DNA of 64,000 bases from an uncultured Flavobacterium sp. (GTDB taxonomy: Bacteria; Bacteroidota; Bacteroidia; Flavobacteriales; Flavobacteriaceae): contig CAYPXI010000001.1 of NCBI GenBank assembly GCA_964414655.1, positions 2,984-66,983 of the forward strand. Direction: 5' to 3'. The translations under genes and the position numbers were made by a program. Every line of letters starts with the position of its first letter. The stretch's first letter is position 1. Below are positions 60,955 through 64,000 of this stretch, piece after piece. The notes under the pieces were generated by a model. That model did no database searches. It had not been told where the DNA came from and worked only from the letters and a program-made list of their open reading frames with translations.

Positions 60955-61586
60955 TGAGTAAAACGTTAGCTATTATTGGTTCAGGTCATTTAGGACAACA
61001 AATTGCGCATTATGCGATTACTGATGGTCATTATACCAATGTGGTTTTCTTTGATGATTTTTCTATCGAAAAACAAGTTAATGGTTTTTCAGTTATTGGT
61101 AACTCAAATAATGTTGAGAGTGAATTTGCTAATCATTCGTTTGATGAACTGCTAATAGGAATTGGCTATAAGCATTTGCTTGTTCGGAAACAATTATTCG
61201 ACCGTTTTTCAAAAATAATTCCATTCGGAAAAATGATTCACTCATCCTGTTGGGTTGATCCAACAGCTGTTGTTGAAGAAGGATGCGTTATTTACCCTTC
61301 ATGTTCAATTGATGCTTACGCAGTTATTGGTAGAAATACAATTTTGAATATTGATTGTACCATTGCACATGATACTAAAGTGGGGCAACATTGTTTTTTG
61401 TCTCCAAGAGTAGCTTTGGCCGGATTTATAAGCATTGAGGAGCAATGTATAATTGGAATTAACTCAACTATTATCGATAATATTTCTATTGTTTCCAACA
61501 CGCAAATTGGTGGAGGAACAGTAGTTATAGAAAATATTACACAACACGGATTATATGTTGGTAATCCACAACGATTTATACGCTAA
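60954..61586 (+). CDS. Sugar N-acetyltransferase, left-handed beta-helix (PglD/NeuD-like)
   Basis: 210 aa; Rossmann-like N-domain (LAIIGSGHLGQQIA) plus hexapeptide repeats. Confidence 0.75.
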   Translation: MSKTLAIIGSGHLGQQIAHYAITDGHYTNVVFFDDFSIEKQVNGFSVIGNSNNVESEFANHSFDELLIGIGYKHLLVRKQLFDRFSKIIPFGKMIHSSCWVDPTAVVEEGCVIYPSCSIDAYAVIGRNTILNIDCTIAHDTKVGQHCFLSPRVALAGFISIEEQCIIGINSTIIDNISIVSNTQIGGGTVVIENITQHGLYVGNPQRFIR

Positions 61587-61588
61587 AC

Positions 61589-62710
61589 ATGATACCTTTT
61601 AATAAACCTTATCTCACAGGAAAAGAGACACATTATATTTACGATGCGGTAAGCTCGGGCAAAATTTCGGGCAACGGAATTTATACGCAAAAATGCCAAG
61701 CCTTTTTTGAAAAAGAATACGGTTTCAAGAAAGTATTGCTCACAACTTCATGTACAGATGCTTTAGAAATGTGTGCCATGTTGGCCAATATTGGTCCGGG
61801 CGATGAAGTAATTGTACCTAGTTTTACCTTCGTTTCAACCGCTATTGCTTTTGTAAGACAAGGAGCGAAAATCGTTTTTGCCGATTCGTACAGCGATAAT
61901 CCCAACATTGATGCCGATAAAATTGAAAGCTTAATTACTGATAAAACAAAAGCAATTGTCCCAGTACATTATGCTGGTGTGGCTTGCGATATGGGAAAAA
62001 TTATGGCATTGGCTAATAAATATAATTTACTCGTTATTGAAGATGCTGCTCAAGCCATCGATAGTTTTTACATAGACGAAAATGGCAATCAAAAAGCGCT
62101 TGGTAGTATTGGTCATTTGGCCGCTTTCTCGTTTCATGAAACCAAAAACATCATCGCTGGCGAAGGCGGAATGCTAGCCATCAACGACGAACGATTTATT
62201 CATAGAGCCGAAATAATTTGGGAAAAAGGAACCAATAGAGCAGAATTTTTTAGAGGCGAAGTCAACAAATACGGTTGGGTTGACACTGGATCGTCGTTTC
62301 TTCCTTCAGAAGTTATTGCGGCTTTCCTTTGGGCACAAATCGAAAACATTCAAGACATTCAAGCCAAACGCAAAGTGTTGTGGGAAACGTATCGTTCCAA
62401 CTTAAAAACACCTAACATTCAATTGCCTAATATTCCAAGTTATGCGACCAATAATGCGCACATGTTTTATATTACAGCACGTAATTTAGAACACCGAACG
62501 CAACTTATTAATGCGTTGAAAGAAAAAGGTTTTCATGCTGTTTTTCATTATATTTCGTTGCATTCAAGTGATTATTACCAAAGCAAACACGATGGTCGTG
62601 AATTAGTCAATTCTGACAATTTTACCGATTGCTTGCTTCGTTTGCCTATGTTTTACGAACTCAGTGTTGAAAATGTAAAATCAATAGCCGACTGTATCAA
62701 TGAATTCTAA
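61589..62710 (+). CDS. wecE: dTDP-4-amino-4,6-dideoxyhexose (Fuc4N-type) aminotransferase, DegT/WecE family
   Basis: 373 aa; collinear by eye with E. coli WecE (IPFNKPYLTGKE, PSFTFVSTA, VPVHYAGVACDM, FSFHETKNI, EKGTNR..FFRG.V.KY.W). Confidence 0.82.
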   Translation: MIPFNKPYLTGKETHYIYDAVSSGKISGNGIYTQKCQAFFEKEYGFKKVLLTTSCTDALEMCAMLANIGPGDEVIVPSFTFVSTAIAFVRQGAKIVFADSYSDNPNIDADKIESLITDKTKAIVPVHYAGVACDMGKIMALANKYNLLVIEDAAQAIDSFYIDENGNQKALGSIGHLAAFSFHETKNIIAGEGGMLAINDERFIHRAEIIWEKGTNRAEFFRGEVNKYGWVDTGSSFLPSEVIAAFLWAQIENIQDIQAKRKVLWETYRSNLKTPNIQLPNIPSYATNNAHMFYITARNLEHRTQLINALKEKGFHAVFHYISLHSSDYYQSKHDGRELVNSDNFTDCLLRLPMFYELSVENVKSIADCINEF

Positions 62711-64000
62711 TCTAAATAAAGTTCTTAATGTACTGACTGTAGGAGTTTTTCTGCTGATTGCTGTGCTGATAACTAACTTTATTTTGTATCCAATTGTAAG
62801 TGCTGATTCAGGTTATTATTTGGCCATTGCACGCGAATTTTACCAAGGGAAAACCTATTTTGTTGATATTGGAACAATCTACAATCCATTAGCAATTGTA
62901 ACTATTGGACTTCCTTTTTTGTTTGATACAAATCCCGATATTCGCTATCATATTCTGATCAATATCGGAATCATTATTCTAGCGGGTTTTTGTTTTTACA
63001 AGCTTTCAACTTCCTTCTTAAAGAAAAAAGAATGGAACTATTTACTCACAGGTTTTTTTGTGCTTTTGCTTTTGTATAACGATGGCCGACATGTGATATT
63101 AGAACCTTTGTCTGTCGTTTTTCAACTATTGGCTTTAATTTTTTATTTGAATTACCTCAAAACGCATGCTGTTTCACGTTTGTTTGTAATGGGAGTTTGC
63201 ATAAGTTTAGCATTTTTGTCTAAACAATACGGTCTATTTATTGCAATTCCAATTGGTTTGTCAATGTTGATGAACAGAAGAGCTTTGTTAATTCAAATCG
63301 TTGTTACTGCTATCGGTTGCCTAATTCCGCTAACTGTTTTTTACATTTCTATTCACAACAATAATTATTCAATTGCCGATTTTGTACAAAGTATTTTAGG
63401 CAAAGGATTTGAAATTGACAACGGAAACGGAACAGGATTGGAACTCGACTTTAAATCCCGAATGCTGTTTTTACTCATTTTTATTGCGACCAATTTGTAT
63501 TTGGTTTTATTTCCATTTTACCTTAACAGAGCCTTAAATACTAAGCATTTTGTAATGATAGTAGTTGCCTTGTTTTCGTCTTTTATGGTATTGTTGTTTG
63601 CTTTTTATCAGCACTATTTTATTTATGTAATTCCTTATCTTTTGCTACTCTTTGCTTTGATAATCGATCAAACGCATACCCACTTATTGCAATGGAAAGC
63701 TTTGATTTTAGTCACAATTTCCATCGGATTAATGACCTACAGTTTCGCTTCTTCATTCAATAGTAAAAGAGAAATTTATCAATCACAACTTGATTATGCC
63801 AAACAGTTGAACGCAATTGTTCCACCCAATTCCAAAGTATATTTATCAGGAATTATGCCTTCTTTTTATTACAGTTGCCAATTCAATTCCATCGATTCTA
63901 AAAAAGTGAGTTATGCTTTTTCGGGCTATTTGTTTACATCAACCATTGTAAACTATTTAGATAAAGGCGAATATTTAGTAGTTTCCAAAAACAGTTACAA
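62700..64000 (+). CDS. Multi-pass membrane GT-C-like glycosyltransferase (ArnT/PMT_2-like), 3' end beyond the window
   Basis: Not in the ORF track (open to the window edge). ATG at 62700 overlaps the wecE stop by 11 nt. MNSNLNKVLNVLTVGVFLLIAVL...SADSGYYLAIAREFYQGK; at least 10 hydrophobic helices. Confidence 0.6.
   Translation, partial: MNSNLNKVLNVLTVGVFLLIAVLITNFILYPIVSADSGYYLAIAREFYQGKTYFVDIGTIYNPLAIVTIGLPFLFDTNPDIRYHILINIGIIILAGFCFYKLSTSFLKKKEWNYLLTGFFVLLLLYNDGRHVILEPLSVVFQLLALIFYLNYLKTHAVSRLFVMGVCISLAFLSKQYGLFIAIPIGLSMLMNRRALLIQIVVTAIGCLIPLTVFYISIHNNNYSIADFVQSILGKGFEIDNGNGTGLELDFKSRMLFLLIFIATNLYLVLFPFYLNRALNTKHFVMIVVALFSSFMVLLFAFYQHYFIYVIPYLLLLFALIIDQTHTHLLQWKALILVTISIGLMTYSFASSFNSKREIYQSQLDYAKQLNAIVPPNSKVYLSGIMPSFYYSCQFNSIDSKKVSYAFSGYLFTSTIVNYLDKGEYLVVSKNSY

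Overview
Low-GC Bacteroidota chromosomal window, Flavobacteriaceae-like: type A T9SS C-terminal domains, TAnnTTTG -7 boxes, and secY followed directly by infA. 1-11.3 kb holds the conserved ribosomal-protein string rpsS...rplQ with secY, infA, rpmJ (missed by the ORF track) and rpoA, then carA and eno. 14.3-30 kb is an accessory block of two paralogous cassettes. Each has an exported-TPR LytS-type histidine kinase and a LytTR response regulator, followed at 2-25 nt spacing by T9SS-sorted leucine-rich-repeat (LRR) surface proteins (4 LRR genes in total). All three promoters in the block carry 9-bp direct repeats phased exactly 21 bp apart at a fixed distance from a -7 box, which is the classical LytTR operator geometry; I rate this block the best candidate for an undescribed system. 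gltA follows. 31.7-40.1 kb holds two copies of a second two-gene module: a beta-roll/fibre protein with a conserved coiled-coil C-terminus, plus a T9SS-sorted partner. 40-49 kb holds methyltransferases and a GT2, two amidinotransferase-fold genes (one frameshifted in a T8 run), a CpcT-like lipoprotein flanked by heptamer arrays, MarC, a CoA-binding protein, an SSF transporter and recR. 49-64 kb is a Wza/Wzc polysaccharide locus that includes an Arn/Gtr-like module (polyprenyl-P GT2, small flippase-like protein, GT-C) linked to 4-amino-4,6-dideoxyhexose synthesis. No rRNA, tRNA, CRISPR, transposase, integrase or recognisable defence genes were seen. All family calls rest on motif recognition by eye; no searches were run.
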